Below, piece after piece: positions 24,892 to 36,700 of a DNA stretch of 64,000 nucleotides. The stretch is from Eledone cirrhosa (taxonomy: Eukaryota). The stretch lies in the NCBI GenBank assembly GCA_964016885.1, contig OZ024742.1, positions 164,982,001 through 165,046,000 of the forward strand, in the 5' to 3' direction. The translations under genes were made by a program, and so were the position numbers. Numbering within the stretch: position 1 is the stretch's first letter; every line of letters starts with the position of its first letter. The notes under the pieces are model-generated. The model ran no database searches and was not told the DNA's origin. It saw only the letters and a program-made list of their open reading frames with translations.

Positions 24892-27800
24892 CTCTCCTCG
24901 GACGACTAGAAATTACCTCTCCTTGGACAGCTGAAAATTATCTCCCCTTGGACGGCTGGAAATTATCTCCCCTTGATTTTTTTTACAAATTATCTCCCCC
25001 TGATTTATTTTACAAATTATCTCCCCCTGATTTTTTTTTACAAATTATCTCCCCCTGATTTTTTTTACAAATTATCTCCCCCTGATATTTTTTACAAATT
25101 ATCTCCCCCTGATTTTTTTACAAATTATCTCCCCTTGGCTGGCTGGAAATTATCTACCCTTGGAGGCTGGAATTTATCTCCCCTTGGACGGCTAGAAATT
25201 ACCTCGCCTTGGACGGCTGGAAAATATGTCTCCTTGGACGGCTGGAAATTATCTCCCCTTGGACGGCTGGAAATTATCTCCCCTTGGACGGCTGGAAATT
25301 ATCTCCCCTTGGACGGCTAGATATTACCTCCCCTTGGACGGCTGGAAATTATCTCCCCTTGATTTTTTTTACAAATTATCTCCCCCTGATTTTTTTTTAC
25401 AAATTATCTCCCCCTGATTTTTTTTTACGAAGTATCTCCCCCTGATTTTTTTTTACAAATTATCTCCGCCTGATTTTTTTTTAAAAATTATCTCCCCTTG
25501 AACGGCTGGAAATTATCTCCCCTTGGACGGCTGGAAATTATCTCCCCTTGGACGGCTAGAAATTACCTCTCCTTGGACGGCTGAAAATTATCTCCCATTG
25601 GACGGCTGCAAATTATCTCCCCTTGATTTTTTAACAAATTATCTCCCCCTGATTTTTTTTTACAAATTATCTCCCCCTGATTTTTTTTTACAAATTATCT
25701 ACGCCTAATTTTTTTTACAAATTATCTCCCCCTGATTTTTTTTTACAAATTATCTCCCCCTGATTTTTTTTACAAATTATCTCCCCCTGATTTTTTTTTA
25801 CAAATTATTTCCCCCTGATTTTTTTACAAATTATCTGCCCCCTGATTTTTTTTACAATCTCCGCCTGATTTTTTTAAAAATTATCTTCCCTTGGCTGGCG
25901 GGAAATTATCTCCCCTTGGACGGCTGGAAATTATATCCCCTTGGAAGGATGGAAATTATCTCCCCTTGGACGGCTGGAAATTATCTCCCCTTGGACGGCT
26001 GGAAATTATCTCCCCTTGGACAGCTGGAAATTATCTGTCCTTGATTTTGTTTTTACAAATTATCTCCCCCTGATTTTTTTTACAAATTATCTCCACCTGA
26101 TTTTTTAAAAAATTATCTCCCCTTGGACGGCTGGAAATTATCTCCCCTTGATTTTTTTTACAAATTATCTCCCCCTGATTTTTTTTTACAAATTATCTCC
26201 CCCTGATTTTTTTTTACAAATTATCTCCCCCTGATTTTTTTTTACAAATTATCTCACCCTGATTTTTTTTACAAATTATCTCTCCCTGATTTTTTTACAA
26301 ATTATCTCCCCTTGGCTGGCTGGAAATTATCTCCCCTTGGAGGCTGGAATTTATCTCCCCTTGGACGGCTAGAAATTACCTCTCCTTGGACGGCTGGAAA
26401 ATATGTCTCCTTGGACGGCTGGATATTATCTACCCGTGGACGGCTGGAAATTATCTCCCCTTGGACGGCTGGAAATTATCTCCTCTTGGACGGCTAGATA
26501 TTACCTCCCCTTGGACGGCTGGAAATTATCTCCCCTTGATTTTTTTACAAATTATCTCCCCCTGATTTTTTTACAAATTATCTCCCCCTGATTTTTTTTA
26601 CAAATTATCTCCGCCTAATTTTTTTAAATATTATCTTCCCTTGGCTGGCGGGAAATTATCTCCCCTTGGACGGCTGAAAATTATCTCCCCTTGGACGGCT
26701 GGAAATTATCTCCCCTTGATTTTTTTTACAAATTATCTCCCCCTGATTTTTTTTTACAAATTATCTCCCCCTGATTTTTTTTACAAATTATCTCCCCCTG
26801 ATTTTTTTACAAATTATCTCCCCTTGGCTGGCTGGAAATTATCTCCCCTTGGAGGCTGGAATTTATCTCCCCTTGGACGGCTAGAAATTACCTCTCCTTG
26901 GAAGGCTGGAAAATATGTCCTTGGACGGCTGGATATTATCTACCCTTGGACGGCTGGAAATTATCTCCCCTTGGACGGCTGGAAATTATCTCCCCTTGGA
27001 CGGCTAGATATTACCTCCCCTTGGACGGCTGAAAATTATCTCCCCTTGGACGGCTGGAAATTATCTCCCCTTGATTTTTTTTACAAATTATCTCCCCCTG
27101 ATTATTTTTTACAAATTATCCCCTGATTTTTTTTTTACAAATTATCTCCCCCTGATTTTTTTTACAAATTATCTCCCCCTGATTTTTTTACAAACTATCT
27201 CCCCTTGGCTGGCTGGAAATTATCTCCCATTGGAGGCTGGAATTTATCTCCCCTTGGACGGTTAGAAATTACCTCCCCTTGGACGGCTGGAAAATATGTC
27301 TCCTTGGACGGCTGGAAATTATCGCCCCTTGGATGGCTGGAAATTATCTCCCCTTGGACGGCTGGAAATTATCTCTCATCGGACGGCTAGAAATTACCTC
27401 TCCTTGGACAGCTGAAAATTATCTCCCCTTGGACGGCTGGAAATTATCTCCCCTTGATTTTTTTTACAAATTATCTCCCCCTGATTTTTTTTTACAAATT
27501 ATCTCCCCCTGATTTTTTTTTTACAAATTATCTCCCCCTGATTTTTTTTTACAAATTATCTCCCCCTGATATTTTTTACAAATTATCTCCCCCTGATTTT
27601 TTTACAAATTATCTCCCCTTGGCTGGCTGGAAATTATCTCCCCTTGGAGGCTTGAATTTATCTCCCCTTGGACGGCTAGAAATTACCTCGCCTTGGACGG
27701 CTGGAAAATATGTCTCCTTGGACGGCTGGAAATTATCTCCCCTTGATTTTTTTTACAAATTATCTCCCCCTGATTTTTTTTTACAAATTATCTCCCCCTG

Positions 27801-30800
27801 ATTTTTTTTTACGAATTATCTCCCCCCGATTTTTTTTTACAAATTATCTCCGCCTGATTTTTTTTTAAAAATTATCTCCCCTTGAACGGCTGGAAATTAT
27901 CTCCCCTTGGACGGCTGGAAATTATCTCCCCTTGGACGGCTAGAAATTACCTCTCCTTGGACGGCTGAAAATTATCTCCCCTTGGACGGCTGCAAATTAT
28001 CTCCCCTTGATTTTTTAACAAATTATCTCCCCCTGATTTTTTTTTACAAATTATCTCCCCCTGATTTTTTTTTACAAATTATCTCCCCCTGATTTTTTTT
28101 TACAAATTATCTCCCCCTGATTTTTTTTACAAATTATCTCCCCCTGATTTTTTTTACAATCTCCGCCTGATTTTTTAAAAAATTATCTTCCCTTGGCTGG
28201 CGGGAAATTATCTCCCCTTGGACGGCTGGAAATTATCTCCCCTTGGACGGCTGGAAATTATCTCCCCTTGGACAGCTGGAAATTATCTGCCCTTGATTTT
28301 GTTTTTACAAATTATCTCCCCCTGATTTTTTTTACAAATTATCTCCACCTGATTTTTTAAAAAATTATCTCCCCTTGGACGGCTGGAAATTATCTCCCCT
28401 TGATTTTTTTACAAATTATCTCCCCCTGATTTTTTTTACAAATTATCTCCCCCTGATTTTATGTTACAAATTATCTCCCCCTGATTTATTTACAAATTAT
28501 CTCCCCCTGATTTTTTTTACAAATTATCTCCGCCTGATTTTTTTAAATATTATCTTCCCTTGGCTGGCGGGAAATTATCTCCCCTTGGACGGCTGGAAAT
28601 TATCTCCCCTTGATTTTTTTTACAAATTATCTCCCCCTGATTTTTTTTTACAAATTATCTCCCCCTGATTTTTTTTTACAAATTATCTCCCCCTGATTTT
28701 TTACAAATTATCTCCCCCTGATTTTTTTTTACAAATCTCCCCCTGATTTTTTTATAAATTATCTCCCCTTGGCTGGCTGGAAATTATCTCCCCTTGGAGG
28801 CTGGAATTTATCTCCCCTTGGACGGCTAGAAATTACCTCTCCTTGGATGGCTGGAAAATATGTCTCCTTGGACGGCTGGATATTATCTACCCTTGGACGG
28901 CTGGAAATTATCTCCCCTTGGACGGCTGGAAATTATCTCCCCTTGGACGGCTAGATATTACCTCCCATTGGACGGCTGGAAATTATCTCCCCTTGATTTT
29001 TTTTACAAATTATCTCCCCCTGATTTTTTTTTACGAATTATCTCCCCCTGATTTTTTTTTACAAATTATCTCCGCCTGATTTTTTTTTTTAAATTATCTC
29101 CCCTTGAACGGCTGGAAATTATCTCCCCTTGGACGGCTGGAAATTATCTCCCCTTGGACGGCTAGAAATTACCTCTCCTTGGACGGCTGAAAATTATCTC
29201 CCCTTGGACGGCTGCAAATTATCTCCCCTTGATTTTTTTAACAAATTATCTCCCCCTGATTTTTTTTTACAAATTATCTCCCCCTGATTTTTTTTTACAA
29301 ATTATCTACGCCTAATTTTTTTTACAAATTATCTCCCCCTGATTTTTTTTTACAAATTATCTCCCCCTGATTTTTTTTACAAATTATCTCCCCCTGATTT
29401 TTTTTACAAATTATCTCCCCCTGATTTTTTTACAAATTATCTCCCCCCTGATTTTTTTTACAATCTCCGCCTGATTTTTTTAAAAATTATCTTCCCTTGG
29501 CTGGCGGGAAATTATCTCCCCTTGGACGGCTGGAAATTATATCCCCTTGGAAGGATGGAAATTATCTCCCCTTGGACGGCTGGAAATTATCTCCCCTTGG
29601 ACGGCTGGAAATTACCTCCCCTTGGACAGCTGGAAATTATCTGCCCTTGATTTTGTTTTTACAAATTATCTCCCCCTGATTTTTTTTACAAATTATCTCC
29701 ACCTGATTTTTTAAAAAATTATCTCCCCTTGGACGGCTGGAAATTATCTCCCCTTGGACGGCTGGAAATTATCTCCCCTTGATTTTTTTTACAAATTATC
29801 TCCCCCTGATTTTTTTTTACAAATTATCTCCCCCTGATTTTTTTTACAAATTATCTCCCCCTGATTTTTTTTTACAAATTATTTCCCCCTGATTTTTTTA
29901 CAAATTATCTCCCCCCTGATTTTTTTTACAATCTCCGCCTGATTTTTTTAAAAATTATCTTCCCTTGGCTGGCGGGAAATTATCTCCCCTTGGACGGCTG
30001 GAAATTATATCCCCTTGGAAGGATGGAAATTATCTCCCCTTGGACGGCTGGAAATTATCTCCCCTTGGACGGCTGGAAATTATCTCCCCTTGGACAGCTG
30101 GAAATTATCTGCCCTTGATTTTGTTTTTACAAATTATCTCCCCCTGATTTTTTTTACAAATTATCTCCACCTGATTTTTTAAAAAATTATCTCCCCTTGG
30201 ACGGCTGGAAATTATCTCCCCTTGATTTTTTTTACAAATTATCTCCCCCTGATTTTTTTTTACAAATTATCTGCCCCTGATTTTTTTTTACAAATTATCT
30301 CCCCCTGATTTTTTTTTACAAATTATCTCACCCTGATTTTTTTTACAAATTATCTCTCCCTGATTTTTTTACAAATTATCTCCCCTTGGCTGGCTGGAAA
30401 TTATCTCCCCTTGGAGGCTGGAATTTATCTCCCCTTGGACGGCTAGAAATTACCTCTCCTTGGACGGCTGGAAAATATGTCTCCTTGGACGGCTGGATAT
30501 TATCTACCCTTGGACGGCTGGAAATTATCTCCCCTTGGACGGCTGGAAATTATCTCCTCTTGGACGGCTAGATATTACCTCCCCTTGGACGGCTGGAAAT
30601 TATCTCCCCTTGATTTTTTTACAAATTATCTCCCCCTGATTTTTTTACAAATTATCTCCCCCTGATTTTTTTTACAAATTATCTCCGCCTAATTTTTTTA
30701 AATATTATCTTCCCTTGGCTGGCGGGAAATTATCTCCCCTTGGACGGCTGAAAATTATCTCCCCTTGGACGGCTGGAAATTATCTCCCCTTGATTTTTTT

Positions 30801-31990
30801 TACAAATTATCTCCCCCTGATTTTTTTTTACAAATTATCTCCCCCTGATTTTTTTTACAAATTATCTCCCCCTGATTTTTTTACAAATTATCTCCCCTTG
30901 GCTGGCTGGAAATTATCTCCCCTTGGAGGCTGGAATTTATCTCCCCTTGGACGGCTAGAAATTACCTCTCCTTGGAAGGCTGGAAAATATGTCCTTGGAC
31001 GGCTGGATATTATCTACCCTTGGACGGCTGGAAATTATCTCCCCTTGGACGGCTGGAAATTATCTCCCCTTGGACGGCTAGATATTACCTCCCCTTGGAC
31101 GGCTGAAAATTATCTCCCCTTGGACGGCTGGAAATTATCTCCCCTTGATTTTTTTTACAAATTATCTCCCCCTGATTATTTTTTACAAATTATCCCCTGA
31201 TTTTTTTTTTACAAATTATCTCCCCCTGATTTTTTTTACAAATTATCTCCCCCTGATTTTTTTACAAATTATCTCCCCTTGGCTGGCTGGAAATTATCTC
31301 CCATTGGAGGCTGGAATTTATCTCCCCTTGGACGGTTAGAAATTACCTCCCCTTGGACGGCTGGAAAATATGTCTCCTTGGACGGCTGGAAATTATCGCC
31401 CCTTGGACGGCTGGAAATTATCTCCCCTTGGACGGCTGGAAATTATCTCTCATCGGACGGCTAGAAATTACCTCTCCTTGGACAGCTGAAAATTATCTCC
31501 CCTTGGACGGCTGGAAATTATCTCCCCTTGATTTTTTTTACAAATTATCTCCCCCTGATTTTTTTTTACAAATTATCTCCCCCTGATTTTTTTTTACAAA
31601 TTATCTCCCCCTGATATTTTTTACAAATTATCTCCCCCTGATTTTTTTACAAATTATCTCCCCTTGGCTGGCTGGAAATTATCTCCCCTTGGAGGCTGGA
31701 ATTTATCTCCCCTTGGACGGCTAGAAATTACCTCGCCTTGGACGGCTGGAAAATATGTCTCCTTGGACGGCTGGAAATTATCTCCCCTTGGACGGCTGGA
31801 AATTATCTCCCCTTGGACAGCTGGAAATTATCTCCCCTTGGACGGCTAGATATTACCTCCCCTTGGACGGCTGGAAATTATCTCCCCTTGATTTTTTTTA
31901 CAAATTATCTCCCCCTGATTTTTTTTTACAAATTATCTCCCCCTGATTTTTTTTTACGAATTATCTCCCCCCGATTTTTTTTTACAAATT
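24892..31990 (+). repeat. ~8.7 kb higher-order repeat, copy 3 (truncated at about 7.1 kb)
   Basis: Pseudo-ORF pairs: 17871/26641, 18684/27454 and 19605/28375 (all 8,770), and 21872/30715 (8,843). Colinearity is lost near 31,990. Confidence 0.85.
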
Positions 31991-33774
31991 ATCTCCCCCT
32001 GATTTTTTTTTACAAATTATCTACGCCTAATTTTTTTTACAAATTATCTCCCCCTGATTTTTTTTACAAATTATCTCCCCCTGATTTTTTTTACAAATTA
32101 TCTCCCCCTGATTTTTTTTTACAAATTATTTCCCCCTGATTTTTTTACAAATTATCTCCCCCCTGATTTTTTTAAAAATTATCTTCCCTTGGCTGGCGGG
32201 AAATTATCTCCCCTTGGACGGCTGGAAATTATATCCCCTTGGAGGCTGGAATTTATCTCCCCTTGGACGGCTAGAAATTACCTCGCCTTGGACGGCTGGA
32301 AAATATGTCTCCTTGGACGGCTGGAAATTATCTCCCCTTGGACGGCTGGAAATTATCTCCCCTTGGACGGCTGTAAATTATCTCCCCTTGGACGGCTAGA
32401 TATTACCTCCCCTTGGACGGCTGGAAATTATCTCCCCTTGATTTTTTTTACAAATTATCTCCCCCTGATTTTTTTTTACAAATTATCTCCCCCTGATTTT
32501 TTTTTACGAATTATCTCCCCCTGATTTTTTTTTACAAATTATCTCCCCTTGAACGGCTGGAAATTATCTCCCCTTGGACGGCTGGAAATTATCTCCCCTT
32601 GAAAGGCTAGAAATTACCTCTCCTTGGACGGCTGAAAATTATCTCCCCTTGGACGGCTGCAAATTATCTCCCCTTGATTTTTTAACAAATTACCTCGCCT
32701 TGGACGGCTGGAAAATATGTCTCCTTGGACGGCTGGAAATTATCTCCCCTTGGACGGCTGGAAATTATCTCCCCTTGGACGGCTGGAAATTATCTCCCAT
32801 TGGACGGCTAGATATTACCTCCCCTTGGACGGCTGCAAATTATCTCCCCTTGATTTTTTTAACAAATTATCTCCCCCTGATTTTTTTTTACAAATTATCT
32901 CCCCCTGATTTTTTTTTACAAATTATCTACGCCTAATTTTTTTTACAAATTATCTCCCCCTGATTTATTTTTACAAATTATCTCCCGCTGATTTTTTTTA
33001 CAAATTATCTCCCCCTGATTTTTTTTTACAAATTATCTCCCCCTGATTTTTTTACAAATTATCTCCCCCCTGATTTTTTTTACAATCTCCGCCTGATTTT
33101 TTTAAAAATTATCTTCCCTTGGCTGGCGGGAAATTATCTCCCCTTGGACGGCTGGAAATTATATCCCCTTGGAAGGATGGAAATTATCTCCCCTTGGACG
33201 GCTGGAAATTATCTCCCCTTGGACGGCTGGAAATTATCTCCCCTTGGACAGCTGGAAATTATCTGCCCTTGATTTTGTTTTTACAAATTATCTCCCCCTG
33301 ATTTTTTTTACAAATTATCTCCACCTGATTTTTTAAAAAATTATCTCCCCTTGGACGGCTGGAAATTATCTCCCCTTGATTTTTTTACAAATTATCTCCC
33401 CCTGATTTTTTTTACAAATTATCTCCCCCTGATTTTTTTTTTACAAATTATCTCCCCCTGATTTTTTTACAAATTATCTCCCCCTGATTTTTTTTACAAA
33501 TTATCTCCGCCTGATTTTTTTAAATATTATCTTCCCTTGGCTGGCGGGAAATTATCTCCCCTTGGACGGCTGAAAATTATCTCCCCTTGGACGGCTGGAA
33601 ATTATCTCCCCTTGATTTTTTTTACAAATTATCTCCCCCTGATTTTTTTTACAAATTATCTCCCCCTGATTTTTTTTTACAAATTATCTCCCCCTGATTT
33701 TTTTTTACAAATTATCTGCCCCTGATTTTTTTTACAAATTATCTCCCCCTGATTTTTTTACAAATTATCTCCCC

Positions 33775-36700
33775 TTGGCTGGCTGGAAATTATCTCCCCT
33801 TGGAGGCTGGAATTTATCTCCCATTGGACGGCTAGAAATTACCTCTCCTTGGAAGGCTGGAAAATATTTCTCCTTGGACGGCTGGATATTATCTACCCTT
33901 GGACGGGTGGAAATTATCTCCCCTTGGACGGCTGGAAATTATCTCCCCTTGGACAGCTAGATATTACCTCCCCTTGGACGGCTGGAAATTATCTCCCCTT
34001 GATTTTTTTTACAAATTATCTCCCCCTGATTTTTTTTACAAATTATCTCCACCTGATTTTTTTACAAATTATCTCCCCCTGATTTTTTTTACAAATTATC
34101 TCCCCCTGATTTTTTTACAAATTATCTCCCCTTGGCTGGCTGGAAATTATCTCCCCTTGGAGGCTGGAATTTATCTCCCCTTGGACGGCTGGAAATTATC
34201 TCCCCTTGATTTTTTTTACAAATTATCTACCCCTGATTTTTTTTACAAATTATCTCCCCCTGATTTTTTTTACAAATTATCTCCCCCTGATTTTTTTACA
34301 AATTATCTCCCCCTGATTTTTTTACAAATTATCTCCCCCTGATTTTTTTTTACAAATTATCTACGCCTAATTTTTTTTACAAATTATCTCCCCCTGATTT
34401 TTTTTTACAAATTATCTCCCCCTGATTTTTTTTTACAAATTATCTCCCCCTGATTTTTTTTTACAAATTATCTCCCCCTGATTTTTTTACAAATTATCTC
34501 CCCCCTGATTTTTATTACAATCTCCGCCTGATTTTTTAAAAAATTATCTTCCCTTGGCTGGCGGGAAATTATCTTCCCTTGGACGGCTGGAAATTATATC
34601 CCCTTGGAAGGATGGAAATTATCTCCCCTTGGACGGCTGGAAATTATCTCCCCTTGGACGGCTGGAAATTATCTCCCCTTGGACAGCTGGAAATTATCTG
34701 CCCTTGATTTTGTTTTTACAAATTATCTCCCCCTGATTTTTTTTACAAATTATCTCCACCTGATTTTTTAAAAAATTATCTCCCCTTGGACGGCTGGAAA
34801 TTATCTCCCCTTGGCTGGAAATTATCTCCCCTTGGACGGCTAGAAATTATCTCTCTTTGGACGGCTGGAAATTATCTGCCTTTGATTTTTTTTACAAATT
34901 ATCTCCCCCTGATTTTTTTTTACAAATTATCTCACCCTGATTTTTTTTACAAATTATCTCCCTCTGATTTTTTTACAAATTATCTCCCCTTGGCTGGCTG
35001 GAAATTATCTCCCCTTGGAGGCTGGAATTTATCTCCCCTTGGACGGCTAGAAATTACCTCTCCTTGGACGGCTGGAAAATATGTCTCCTTGGACGGCTGG
35101 ATATTATCTACCCTTGGACGGCTGGAAATTATCTCCCCTTGGACGGCTGGAAATTATCTCCCCTTGGACGGCTAGATATTACCTCCCCTTGGACGGCTGG
35201 AAATTATCTCCCCTTGATTTTTTTACAAATTATCTCCCCCTGATTTTTTTACAAATTATCTCCCCCTGATTTTTTTTACAAATTATCTCCGCCTAATTTT
35301 TTTAAATATTATCTTCCCTTGGCTGGCGGGAAATTATCTCCCCTTGGACGGCTGAAAATTATCTCCCCTTGGACGGCTGGAAATTATCTCCCCTTGATTT
35401 TTTTTACAAATTATCTGCCCCTGATTTTTTTTTACAAATTATCTCCCCCTGATTTTTTTTACAAATTATCTCCCCCTGATTTTTTTACAAATTATCTCCC
35501 CTTGGCTGGCTGGAAATTATCTCCCCTTGGAGGCTGGAATTTATCTCCCCTTGGACGGCTAGAAATTACCTCTCCTTGGACGGCTGGAAAATATGTCCTT
35601 GGACGGCTGGATATTATCTACCCTTGGACGGCTGGAAATTATCTCCCCTTGGACGGCTGGAAATTATCTCCCCTTGGACGGCTAGATATTACCTCCCCTT
35701 GGACGGCTGGAAATTATCTCCCCTTGATTTTTTTTACAAATTATCTCCCCCTGATTTTTTTTTACAAATTATCTCCCCCTGATTTTTTTTTACAAATTAT
35801 CTACCCCTGATTTTTTTTTACAAATTATCTCCCCCTGATTTTTTTTACAAATTATCTCCCCCTGATTTTTTTTTACAAATTATCTCCCCCTGATTTTTTT
35901 TTACAAATTATCTACCCCTGATTTTTTTTACAAATTATCTCACCCTGATTTTTTTTACAAATTATCTCCCCCTGATTTTGTTTACAAATTATCTCCCCCT
36001 GATTTTTTTACAAATTATCTCCCCCTGATTTTTTTTACAAATTATCTCCGCCTAATTTTTTTAAATATTATATTCCCTTGGCTGGCGGGAAATTATCTCC
36101 CCTTGGACGGCTGAAAATTATCTCTCCTTGGACGGCTGGAAATTATCTCCCCTTGATTTTTTTTACAAATTATCTCCCCCTGATTATTTTTTACAAATTA
36201 TCTCCCCCTGATTTTTTTTTACAAATTATCTCCCCCTGATTTTTTTTACAAATTATCTCCCCCTGATTTTTTTACAAATTATCTCCCCTTGGCTGGCTGG
36301 AAATTATCTCCCCTTGGAGGCTGGAATTTATCTCCCCTTGGACGGTTAGAAATTACCTCTCCTTGGACGGCTGGAAAATATGTCTCCTTGGACGGCTGGA
36401 AATTATCGCCCCTTGGACGGCTGGAAATTATCTCCCCTTGGACGGCTGGAAATTATCTCTCCTCGGACGGCTAGAAATTACCTCTCCTTGGACAGCTGAA
36501 AATTATCTCCCCTTGGACGGCTGGAAATTATCTCCCCTTGATTTTTTTTACAAATTATCTCCCCCTGATTTTTTTTTACAAATTATCTCCCCCTGATTTT
36601 TTTTTACAAATTATCTCCCCCTGATTTTTTTTTACAAATTATCTCCCCCTGATATTTTTTACAAACTATCTCCCCCTGATTTTTTTACAAATTATCTCCC

